A model generated the notes under the pieces. It saw nothing but the letters and a program-made list of their open reading frames with translations, was not told where the DNA came from and did not search any database. This document shows positions 53,540-63,388 of a stretch of DNA of 64,000 nucleotides, in pieces. Position 1 is the first letter of the stretch; every line of letters begins with the position of its first letter. A program made the translations under genes and the position numbers. This DNA is from Trypanosoma brucei (taxonomy: Eukaryota). The DNA lies in NCBI GenBank assembly GCA_000002445.1, contig CP000066.1, positions 576,001 to 640,000 on the forward strand. Direction: 5' to 3'.

Positions 53540-55197
53540 GCGGTGAAGGAAATATGAGAGTGTTATCAGGAGCCAACAGAATTTGTTTCTGAACTTTACC
53601 TTCCCTTCCTCTTTATTATTTCCCCTTATTTCAGTGATGATTCTGCTGCCGTCGCATTGTCCCACCCGCTACGTTCAATTATTTAGTAAATAGTTGGGAA
53701 GGGTGTCCACGTTTTTTTTTCAAGTTCTTTTTTTTTTTTTGGAACTTCCGGTCATATCCGAAATGGGCAGGGAGGTAGAAAGAGGAGGAAAGAGCAATAT
53801 AAACTTGGTTCCAGTCTGCGTTGCGTGAAATCCCCACGTTTCGAAACTGAAATAATATGTTCGAATGTTATGCTTAATAGTAACAATCACAATAATAATA
53901 ATAATACGTCTCACATCATCTTTCTTTCTTTCTTTATATTTAAATTTTTATTTGACAAAGAAAAAAGGATTATGGGTTTATAGTTAGGAAAAAATGACTA
54001 TATTTCCCCAATAACTGAGTTAAGGCGCATACCGCAGCAACATGCGAAACCCAAGTTTCAGTACCACTCAAATATACATTCATTAGTTAAAAATTTTTTT
54101 GCTTGCGGAATGAAGCTCGTTAGCTCACGCAAAAGGTGATGAAGTGGAACCGGCAATTTTTACAAAAAAAAAGCGTTATTGCTTTAATGACACAAGGGTG
54201 GGTATTCTTCGTAAAAACATAACGGCGTGATATGGGGTCAAATATGCGGACAGCCGCATATTTTAATTTTCGCACATGAAAAAAGCTCACCCGCAGCCAC
54301 ATCTCACTAGGGAAAGTTAGGAAGGGTAAAGTGCTCCCGCAAACGATGTGACGGAAGGATCAGAAATGATGCATTTGAAGATGGGGGCTGCCGGATTTTA
54401 TTATTTTGGGCCGGGGGAATACTCTTGCAAATGTGTGGAACGGGGGAAAAGGCAACACGAGGGGAGGGTTTTTTTTTAAAAAAAAGTGTCCGGGGAACAG
54501 GAATTTAATACGCTGTGCGGAGCATGGTGAAATTGGCAGAGGATGGTTTCATGGGAAGGACAGAGGTAGAATTCGGGCAAAACTGCTTGGAAGAAACTAA
54601 GCGAGGGTGCAATTTGTTAGAAATATCTAAATAAAGCGAACGTGGCGGATTGGGGGAAAGGGCGAGAGGAAACGCAAGAAACGCGAGCGCTTCTGTCAAA
54701 TACGGAAATACAGGAAATTGGAAGCAGGGCCAAGTTATCCGGTCAGATGCATAAAGACGCAACTCCCTCGTAATAATCCTCTGGAGAATACCATTAGGAA
54801 GTTTTATTTTAAAAAAAAAAAACTTTCGAAGTTCAACGCAAGATTCTTCGGAAGTACCGCAAAACTAAAACCGTGCCTACACTCGCTCCAGTCGACAAGA
54901 CGCTTTTAGCTAGTTTCTCAGTTGAGGTTGCACCTTTTGCTCCCAAGCATACTTGTTGTTTTGCTTTATCTGAAGAGATATAAAAAAAATACCACGCATC
55001 CGCAAAATGCGTCTGAACCAAACCGATCTTTTATGTATCGTATCAACTAGCCGATGAGGTGCGTGAGGAAACTTCCTTCATAGAATTGCTAAAACAACAG
55101 GTGTGTGGGGAGGAAGAAAGTGTTGTATAACAGTTTTGCATCGTTAAGACTCCGTGGGCACGTACCTGAACCAAACGTTAGGATTTAAGGGGTGTGC
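53540..55197. terminator. Convergent strand-switch region: transcription termination zone between the plus-strand unit and the minus-strand surface-gene cluster
   Basis: The last plus gene ends at 53539 and the first minus gene ends at 55198. The region has no ORFs, contains T/A homopolymer runs (54460-54480, 54805-54830) and inverted-repeat copy A. Confidence 0.55.
54156..54386 (-). repeat. Inverted-repeat copy A (about 231 bp), partner of 63160-63388
   Basis: The reverse complement of this segment aligns base-for-base with 63160-63388 with about 18 mismatches or indels in about 230 positions. It contains the hairpin aaatatgcggacagccgcatattt. In element orientation it ends with a T9 run. 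Confidence 0.85.
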
Positions 55198-56385
55198 TTA
55201 AAAAACTAGAAAAAATAACTTAAGTGGTTCTGGGAGGCGGTTTACACCGCTGGAGGTGAATAATCTTCGTATGGAAGTCACGCATTCGCTCCCATTCCAT
55301 TCGCACCGCGGCTTCTGTTCCAGGCAAGTTACCTTGCTTTCGAAACCAGAGCATCCTCTTTTAGAGGACGTAGTCGGTTTTTTCCCCTCCAGTCCATTAT
55401 CAGTATTATTGGATTCGTCCTTTTCTTTTTCGCTTGAATTGTTTGGGACAGGTCGTGCCCCCCTCTTCAATTCGTTTACTTGGTTTTGAATCTTCACGAG
55501 GTACTCCTCGGCTTGGATCAGTTCTTCCATTCTGGTTGCAGCTTCTCGCAACTTTAGATACCACGAAATTGTTGGCGTGCTTTCATTGACGTGTCTTGGG
55601 AGATATATTACGCATCGGCCATGGCCAACCTCGGTGCTTCCGTCGCAGCCGTTGTGTAAGTCGGCGCCGCGCGCGCCCAGTAAGTTTCGTGAATCCGATG
55701 AAGAGTCCGGTATTTCCTGGAGTTCGCCAAGGAAGAAAGCGACCGCCTCTGAGAGCGCTTGAAGCGGCCGAGTTTTCTCTCTCCTCACGTTGCTGCACTT
55801 GGGATGGAGCAAATTCCAGTGATCAGGAGAATTTCTCTGGGGTACCCATGATCCTACATAAGTGGTGTTGCATCCATCACAGCAAACCGCGCTGCCGCCT
55901 TTGCCTTCGCTGGATGCTGCACAGATGCACAGTAAATCAAGCGCCAGCGCATCACCCGCTTTATTTCCGGGCTGGCCGCCAGCTCTTCCACATAACTCCG
56001 ACCTCCCACCCCGCGTGCGCCCGACCACCACCTGTTTATGACCGTTGCCGTACAGCGCTTCTGTTAAATTTTTTCTGATAGCTGATAAGGCCCGGCCGTT
56101 CCATAAATCACCGTTCTCTTCCTTATATGTTTTCGCTTTTAGTTTAAGTTCCTCAAGTTTTTTAACATTTTCTTCGGGCGCTTCGGCCTCTCCCTGAATT
56201 TCGTCTTCTGTTTCCTTAACCTTGCGCTCCAGATCCTCCGGTGTTTGTGTATCCAGCGCAAGATTTACAAAACCACACAGCGCTTCGAATTCCTTTCCAT
56301 TCACAATGTTGTTTTCATGCGCCTTTGAATTGACGCAGATATGTTGCAGCGTTACCACCGCAACAAACACGATGTAACTCCTCAT
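55198..56385 (-). CDS. Cys-rich secreted/surface glycoprotein, VSG/ESAG-like family member 1, about 396 aa
   Basis: Signal peptide MRSYIVFVAVVTLQHIC. Shares the family motifs EFEALCGFVNL and ALALDLLCICA, several N-x-S/T sites and a short hydrophobic C-terminus (LKLFFLVF). The track start at 56553 is TTG; an alternative ATG exists at 56487. Confidence 0.6.
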   Translation of the reverse strand: MRSYIVFVAVVTLQHICVNSKAHENNIVNGKEFEALCGFVNLALDTQTPEDLERKVKETEDEIQGEAEAPEENVKKLEELKLKAKTYKEENGDLWNGRALSAIRKNLTEALYGNGHKQVVVGRTRGGRSELCGRAGGQPGNKAGDALALDLLCICAASSEGKGGSAVCCDGCNTTYVGSWVPQRNSPDHWNLLHPKCSNVRREKTRPLQALSEAVAFFLGELQEIPDSSSDSRNLLGARGADLHNGCDGSTEVGHGRCVIYLPRHVNESTPTISWYLKLREAATRMEELIQAEEYLVKIQNQVNELKRGARPVPNNSSEKEKDESNNTDNGLEGKKPTTSSKRGCSGFESKVTCLEQKPRCEWNGSECVTSIRRLFTSSGVNRLPEPLKLFFLVF

Positions 56386-56831
56386 CCCCAACAATTTCGT
56401 ATATGCCTTTTTGTTCACAATGATGTCACCTGTCTCCCCAGAAAATTCGAAAGATGACGTACCAAACTTAGCGAAAAATACACACATACCGCGTAGGTGA
56501 GGATCATGACGAATAAAAAGCTCTCTCGGCTTCTCTCCCCAGCACACACACAAAAAATTGTTACATAACGTTTCAGCTCCCTTGAGAAGTCATAGCATCA
56601 CAAGAGAGCTCCACATGGAAGCCACCGCTGCTATCTCGATAGCAGCATCAAAAAGCCAGACACAAATTCCAAAAAAAGAAGGTGATACCACCTTAATTAT
56701 TCATCCAAAGAAAAACGAATTCATATGCGATTGTTAATAAACCCACATATTGTTAAAATGAAACACACGTACACATAAAAGCAAAATATAAAAAAGATAC
56801 TGCACGACAATGTTGGTAGCGTACCAGTAAA

Positions 56832-58202
56832 CTAAGACATACAAAAAAGGGATAGAATCATTAATGTAAAAATATCAGTTGTTATATCTATATAGTTGAA
56901 TCCATTATTATTTACTTCAGCATTGCCACCTTCACCATCATCCTGACCTCGGTTACTTCGCCATAGCTCAGCATCACCACCTAGCTTCACCTCAAGAAAT
57001 ATTTCCTCTGCCTCATGTTGGTATTCTTCCAATTCGTGAAGATGACTGTCAGACTCTTTGGCATACTTTGCCATTTCTTGTAGTTGCTCGGTGGCGTTAG
57101 TAAGATGGTTGTACCAAGGGATCCCACCATTTTCAAGTGTGTAGTTGTAGCTGACACATGTGAATCCAGCAGTATGACCCGTGCAGGTGCGATTCTCGTT
57201 GTTTAATGTTTTCACATAACCAAGAATACCCTTCACCTGATACTTATCCTGTTCCATTTCCACTAACGCATCGAACTGAGCTAGCGCACTCTTTAAGGTT
57301 TTCACATTAGATGCAATATTCTTGTACACGCAAGCTTTACTAATCACATCCCATGCCTCAGTATGGTTGTATTTTATATTTTCAGGCTTGCAGGTATTAT
57401 AGTTGCTCGGACAATACTCAGCCATCATAGTCCAACTACCATTTTTAGGTCTCCTTATTGCATCCTTACAAGGACAGTCATATCCACTGTATATGTTTTC
57501 ACTACTTGAGCCAGTATCCATTTGGTATACGCGTGTCTGTCGCTCTTCCTTCTTTTTTTCTATAGCCTCTCCCACACATAGGCAAAAGAAGTCATTAATT
57601 AGTGTCTTTCCAACTAGCTTGTCTCCGTAAGAACCACAGCTTGCGTCCGCATTGTAGACACTATTGAACAACAGTGATTTGTTTCCCCTCATGGCTTCCT
57701 CCAGAGTTTTATTCTCATTTCTTGCCACATCCACAGCGTCGCCATACACAGCCCTCAGCATATTTTCTTCAGCAGAGCGACTTGCATTCAAGGCTTTTGT
57801 CCTATTCACCTCTATCTGCTCCTTAAGCTTTTTCGCCTTCTCAAATAGTTTCTTCATCTCCTGATATGCTGTCGTGCTGTTAGATGAATTGTTCGAGCCC
57901 TTATTGCCACCAGCAGCTTCTGCCTCACTGACCATTTCCTCCAAATTCTTCAGAATCTCTCCTTCCTTCTCACGATTCTTAAAGGAGGGTTGCGGGGCCT
58001 CTGCTTGCGTGATTCGGTAAATCTTGCACAGTGTTTCGAACTCACCAACGTTGTGATGTTTTTCATCTGCATCGACGGTCTCCATAATCCTATCCCAGTC
58101 AAGCATATCAGTTCTCCATCGATATTCTGCCATATCACCCTGAGAGGAAGGAGATAAAACAACCACAAGCATCCCAACGGCAAACACTGTTTCGTGTCTC
58201 AT
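56832..58202 (-). CDS. Cys-rich surface glycoprotein, family member 2, about 457 aa, GPI-signal-like C-terminus
   Basis: Signal peptide MRHETVFAVGMLVVVLSPSSQG directly after a polyY/AG acceptor. Motifs EFETLCKIY, AVYGDA and LINDFFCLCVG. Many N-glycosylation sites. Hydrophobic C-terminus IFTLMILSLFCMS. The track start at 58289 is TTG. Confidence 0.6.
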   Translation of the reverse strand: MRHETVFAVGMLVVVLSPSSQGDMAEYRWRTDMLDWDRIMETVDADEKHHNVGEFETLCKIYRITQAEAPQPSFKNREKEGEILKNLEEMVSEAEAAGGNKGSNNSSNSTTAYQEMKKLFEKAKKLKEQIEVNRTKALNASRSAEENMLRAVYGDAVDVARNENKTLEEAMRGNKSLLFNSVYNADASCGSYGDKLVGKTLINDFFCLCVGEAIEKKKEERQTRVYQMDTGSSSENIYSGYDCPCKDAIRRPKNGSWTMMAEYCPSNYNTCKPENIKYNHTEAWDVISKACVYKNIASNVKTLKSALAQFDALVEMEQDKYQVKGILGYVKTLNNENRTCTGHTAGFTCVSYNYTLENGGIPWYNHLTNATEQLQEMAKYAKESDSHLHELEEYQHEAEEIFLEVKLGGDAELWRSNRGQDDGEGGNAEVNNNGFNYIDITTDIFTLMILSLFCMS

Positions 58203-59418
58203 CGTGATTTTGCCTCTACAATCATCAGTCAAAAGGAGGGAAAAAAATCTTATTATCACGTTCATTACTGTTATTGACAAACACAACAAACATGGAGATA
58301 CATCAATGTATCGAAGTTAACAAGTGCCCGACACAAGTCAACCGAAACAGTATCCAACAAAACAGGAAGCACATCCCAATACATACAGTTAGATGAGTGT
58401 ATTCTTTCAAGCTGGACATCAACGTTAGACTTCCTCACAACTGCGGTATTCTCCTTTTCGTTACACCATTTCTCCTAATTTCCTCCCCAAAAAATCTGCT
58501 TTATTTGATACCATGCCAGTATATCCAATTTTCCAACTGAGTTCCTCTTGCACTCCCTTGATTTCCTCAATAATAAGCTGATCCATTCTCTTAATGAAGA
58601 CTTGCACCTTTATGCCATGTTTTTTTCCACATCCTTCATTGGATCTGTTAGTTTAAGTTGCCATTTTATGGTCTTATTTGCTAATAGATTACGTGCTTAA
58701 TTCGCACGTGTTACCTTTATCCAATGCACACAACTCTGCTGCTGAACTCCACTCAGCATATCCTCCTCCACTCATACGCATACTCACAAAACTTTTTGTT
58801 TACCTATTCTTGACCATGCACAGTTTCCTGCCTTCCATTTTCTTAAGCCATACACTAGAAAAGATAAAAGTTGTATTTTCAAAACACCATCTCGGATACT
58901 TATGCTCACTATTGAGGCCCTTGATTATATGGTGACATGATGGAATATTATGGTATTTTCCAACACAAAAAAGTCCCAGAATAATTAGTGACCTTCCCTG
59001 TCAGCACCCTCATTTAGATCGTTCACCTCATTAACCAGCCACCATCCTTATAGATACGCTGGTAGAAAAAAACGGAAGTTATGCACGTTATCGCCCATCC
59101 CCTCAACGAATTCTATCCACCCTTACCCCACACAGGTTTTTTGCATAAGAAACGACAAACAAGAAACAAAACTACTCTTGTGAGCACAAAACCAAATATT
59201 TCTTCCTTACTTCACATGCAGAAAGAATTAACACACCCCACTACCCTACAACACAAATGGTGGAGGGACAGCCATAGTCACTACCACTCACAATTAAGAT
59301 AACCCAGACAGGGAAACTCCAGATAAAGAAATGCCCAGTTACGAGAAAGATCCTAGCGCGCACACGTAAAGATATTTCATTTATTATGGAACAGGGAGAA
59401 TATTAATGAAAGTACTTT

Positions 59419-60393
59419 TCAGATGGTAAAATTAGTACTCTTCATATTATCAATGTTATTCGTGCTGAACTGCAGCGAAGTGAAATTCCTATGGATATCG
59501 TTGAAGTAGCTCTGCAGTAAAGTGATATTGGCCATCATATCCAGGAGTTCAGGAGGTGCTTTGCCAGAAGTAAAAGGTTCGATAAGAGGGTCAAATATCT
59601 CCTCCACGTAAATTTGGAGCTGAAAAAAAGCGGGGCCGTTCTCACGCCAGTTTATTAAGCCAGTTGAATTCTTCACCGCACCACCCTTATATAAGTTGTC
59701 ACGCGGTAAGTTCAAGCATTTGCTCACAGATCCAGATCCAGTTAAAACATCAATTTGAAGGCAACCTCCCCTGTATTTTTGGAGAGTGATCTCGTTCACA
59801 CCGGTTAATAAAGGACATGTCTGATCAACACATACGACTGGGAACCCCCTGACACCTTTCAGCGCTCCTTTCTTGCACTCGGGTCCTTCATCATTGCTCA
59901 CGGCTTTAACGTCATCCCACACAGTTCTTGCGATCTCAGCAATAGCTGTGTAATATTTATTTGATGTTATGAGGGCACCAGGTATTGCATTCCTCACTGC
60001 CCTCACGCTTTCATTAACCTCAGCAAATAATCCACCTGCCTTAGCAACAAGATCTCCCATTGCATTTCCATAAGATATAAGGTTTTCCAATTTATCATTT
60101 TCCTCTACCATTACACTGCTAATAACACTCAAATATATAACACTTTCGCCTGTTTTCCCTTCCATGTCATCCAGCATACGAGACGCATTTGCGTATACCT
60201 CCTCATTCAAAAAAAGCTTCCTCTCGCCATCTGTATATAGTTTGTTTAAGGCATCTGAAAGACATTTGAGGTAACATACGGATTGGTTTAAGTTTGTGCC
60301 CTTGTCATCATCTATTGATGTGCAATAACTTTCTTCTGCCACTCCAAAGGTCACAAAAAAAAAAACAACCAATCCTACAATCTTAATTTTCAT
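59419..60393 (-). CDS. Secreted Cys-containing glycoprotein of a different family (about 325 aa), embedded in the surface-gene cluster
   Basis: Signal peptide MKIKIVGLVVFFFVTFGVAEE directly after the polyY/AG (tttttttcattcctcttgtcaaatgtaattgtttag). Multiple N-x-S/T sites, no C-terminal hydrophobic tail, and none of the DLLCLC motifs. The track's upstream start at 60684 is TTG. Confidence 0.5.
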   Translation of the reverse strand: MKIKIVGLVVFFFVTFGVAEESYCTSIDDDKGTNLNQSVCYLKCLSDALNKLYTDGERKLFLNEEVYANASRMLDDMEGKTGESVIYLSVISSVMVEENDKLENLISYGNAMGDLVAKAGGLFAEVNESVRAVRNAIPGALITSNKYYTAIAEIARTVWDDVKAVSNDEGPECKKGALKGVRGFPVVCVDQTCPLLTGVNEITLQKYRGGCLQIDVLTGSGSVSKCLNLPRDNLYKGGAVKNSTGLINWRENGPAFFQLQIYVEEIFDPLIEPFTSGKAPPELLDMMANITLLQSYFNDIHRNFTSLQFSTNNIDNMKSTNFTI

Positions 60394-61732
60394 TACTAAA
60401 CAATTACATTTGACAAGAGGAATGAAAAAAACACATACACATCGCCACACAAAACCAATGAGTGTCACAAATGTATAATCCCAATACCCACAGTGTTTCA
60501 TACACATAACATTGAACCACATAATAAATATTGCTACAAGAGACGTTAAACCCAACAGAATATGATGCTCCTTCTTCATTGTCAATCCTCCTTCATCCGT
60601 CACATCGTCATCATCCTCACTTCCATTGCATTTCCTCCCACTCTCCTTGAAATATTTACACACAATCAGGTTTTGAGATAGCAACTCTTTCAGTTTATTT
60701 TCATGCCCAGTAAAGGAAACAAAGATCAGCTCTACATCACCGTACCGTTTGGTGATACTCCCATATCATTTTGTGACTAAATTGTAGCTGTTGATAAGCT
60801 AGGGCACTATATCACTGAACATTAGGGTGACAACACCATCCCTATGGTAGTTAACGAAACCTCCGGTAGTTCCCACTATGAAAGTTCCAACTCCTGCAAC
60901 CGCAGCACCTTACGTACCCATGATCCAGCAATTGATGGTTGCTATCGGTTGTAAATTCAATTGGTTGATTAGCTGTGTAATTATTTGTGCAACCAATATA
61001 CCATCATTTGGCATATCTTCAGTGAAAGAGAAATTACACATGTTAGGAGATTCCGCTACTCTGTGCTTATGTTAATTACTTTAACATTCATTTCCTGAAG
61101 AGGCGGCTTTCTCCTTCACAAGACAACAACCATTTGCTTTAGCATTTGTTTGTCTAAAAACCATTACCAGATCCTTCAACACTTGTCCAATTGACAATGA
61201 TGCATTCACAACATGATTAGACACTCTTATTTCGTTTAAATAACTTGCGTCTATTACCTGTCCAGGTTCATCTGTATTCTTCATTATATTCCTCAACCTC
61301 TACGTTATCGCTTTCCATGCCCTTCCCTTTACATCATAGTGATATCACCACATCAGAAACCCATTCAACATTTACATAGCCTCCGATTGTCATCTTCAAA
61401 ACACTAACACTCACAGTCCCCAAGGCACAACTGAAGCTAAATACCGTTTGTGTCCCTTGACGGACACCTCAACTCAGTGCCAGGGTCTAGCACCCTGCTC
61501 AGGTAAGAGAAAAAAAGCGACAGCATCCTACTCCATTAGGATTAAGTTCAGACGGAAAATCCAAGGCTTCAATTCACAATGGAGCACACACCGTAAACGT
61601 TACAGGACAAGCATTATTCTTGGAAATAAAATAGGCACAGTTGCTGTGCCGTCAACTATACCAAAAAGAAATCCACTATTATTACCATTAGTGTTAGTAT
61701 TGGCGCAGTGGAGCCACATATGATGTTGTGTG

Positions 61733-62845
61733 TCACAGCAGAAAGAGCAAAAACACCACCAACGGTGAAATAGCCTGAGCGACATTTTTCGGCCGAAGTG
61801 GCTGGTGTGAGGGTTGGAGTGAGTGATTGGTTCTTGTTTCACCAAGAGGAACCAAGTCAGGGTCGGTGGTGCTTTGTGTAGCTGCACTTGTGTTGGGTGC
61901 CATTGGTGTATTGCCATCAGTTGCCGTTGAGGGAGATTGCTTGGGACGTTGCTCGGGAGATGGATCCTCCTCTGGTTGTACCTTTATTTCCGGGGGTGAC
62001 TGACGGGGTGGTGAGCCTCTTGTTGGAATAGGCGGTTCCCTCTGCTCCTGCGGTGGCATTTTGTTGACTTTTTGTGCATTTTCCTTTTTAGGGGTTTTCA
62101 ACCTTTTGACAAGGTCTTCTAGTTGTGTCAACCACTCAATTTTGACTTGATTTGCTCCTCCGCCTTCCATTTTATAGAAAACACATGGGGCGTTATTTGC
62201 ACTGCCAGACCCTCCACAAGATTTGGTGATCGGCTCCCGCCCGTGTCCGAAGCGCTTAGTTTCCCTCTCTGTTGTTTTCTCGGTCATTTCATTCAGTTTT
62301 TTCCTAAGATTTTGGACGGTTGTGGTTAATGATTCAAAACCGATGCTTTCTATATTAATTTGCTCGGTGCACTTTTGCTTGATTTTCCCCCAACTTTCTT
62401 CGGCTCTGTCCTTGTTTCCCCAACTTTCGGCAGGATCATACCACGCATTGGCTTCGTAGCACAGATTTTTTTGGTGGTCACCGTTTCCGCTGGGTCTGCA
62501 AAGACACAGAAGGTCCAGCGCTAACGCTTTGCCTCCAAATCCGCCTCCGAATATGCTGGTGTAGCCACAGTCAGCTTCTCGTTTTTCTTTTCCAGTCCAA
62601 TTAAGGGAGCCATCGCTGTCACTACCGTACAAGACTTTCATCGCGGAACTGTCGAAGTCGTTTGCGACCTCGGCTGTGAGTCTCTCTTTCTCCACCCACT
62701 CGTGTATTCTCAGTGTCAAATTTAAGAAACTGCAGAGCACGTCAAACTCCCTTTGGTTCAACGTATTTTCTATCTCTGCGGCCGGCACGCTCAACCCTGC
62801 CGCCTTCCAAACCACGCACAGCATAGTCACTAATATTTTCCACAT
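61733..62845 (-). CDS. Cys-rich GPI-anchored-type surface glycoprotein, family member 3, about 370 aa, with a Pro/Ser/Thr/Gln-rich stalk
   Basis: Signal peptide MWKILVTMLCVVWKAAG after the polyY/AG. Motifs EFDVLCSFLNL, VLYGSD and ALALDLLCLC. A C-terminal low-complexity PPQEQREPPIPTRGSPPRQSPPE...STATDGNTPMAPNTSAATQSTT stalk is followed by the hydrophobic tail AISPLVVFLLFLL, a classic GPI-signal shape. Confidence 0.65.
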   Translation of the reverse strand: MWKILVTMLCVVWKAAGLSVPAAEIENTLNQREFDVLCSFLNLTLRIHEWVEKERLTAEVANDFDSSAMKVLYGSDSDGSLNWTGKEKREADCGYTSIFGGGFGGKALALDLLCLCRPSGNGDHQKNLCYEANAWYDPAESWGNKDRAEESWGKIKQKCTEQINIESIGFESLTTTVQNLRKKLNEMTEKTTERETKRFGHGREPITKSCGGSGSANNAPCVFYKMEGGGANQVKIEWLTQLEDLVKRLKTPKKENAQKVNKMPPQEQREPPIPTRGSPPRQSPPEIKVQPEEDPSPEQRPKQSPSTATDGNTPMAPNTSAATQSTTDPDLVPLGETRTNHSLQPSHQPLRPKNVAQAISPLVVFLLFLL

Positions 62846-63159
62846 CGCCTTCCTAAGCATCAATAAAAAAAATGAAACAGATAGTAGAGAAATCTCCAAT
62901 GAGAGGGGCAGGGACACTTTTAAAGGGTGAAAGTTTAACCCTATTAGGTATTTCATGAAACATCAGCAGAGGTCAACCAGAGAAGATATGAAAGCTCATA
63001 TCTCCATAGACTACATTTATTTTTTTAAAAGTCTCTTTACCATCCCAAGACTAGTTTGGCACTTAAGTTTACTTCTGGTTTTGATACTTGCTGCCATTGT
63101 CTTAACCTATCTGCCTTAAAGTTTTGATAACATCAAGGGTTTCCGCTCTTTTTTGGGGG

Positions 63160-63388
63160 CCTCCATCTTCAAATGCATCATTTCTGATCCTTCCGTCACA
63201 TTGTTTGCGGGAGCACTTTACCCTTCCTAACTTTCCCTAGTGAGATGTGGCTGCAGGAGAGCTTTTTCATATGTGGAAATAAAACCACGCGGCTATCCGC
63301 ATATTTGACCCCATATCACGCCGTTATGTTTTTACGAAGAATACCCACCCTTGTGCCATTAAAGCAATAACGTTTTTTTTGTAAAAAT
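63160..63388 (+). repeat. Inverted-repeat copy B (about 229 bp), partner of 54156-54386
   Basis: Direct alignment with the reverse complement of copy A. It ends ...cgttttttttgtaaaaat and contains the palindromic core atgcggatagccgcgt. Confidence 0.85.

Noticed and set aside
55198-56553. Track starts at 56553, 58289 and 60684 (and 7451, 29613, 34097, 34739, 38479, 41682) as true initiation codons
   Set aside because: On inspection these are TTG or GTG codons; the ORF track allows bacterial-type starts. Eukaryotic nuclear genes need an ATG downstream of the polyY/AG trans-splice acceptor, so I moved the starts.
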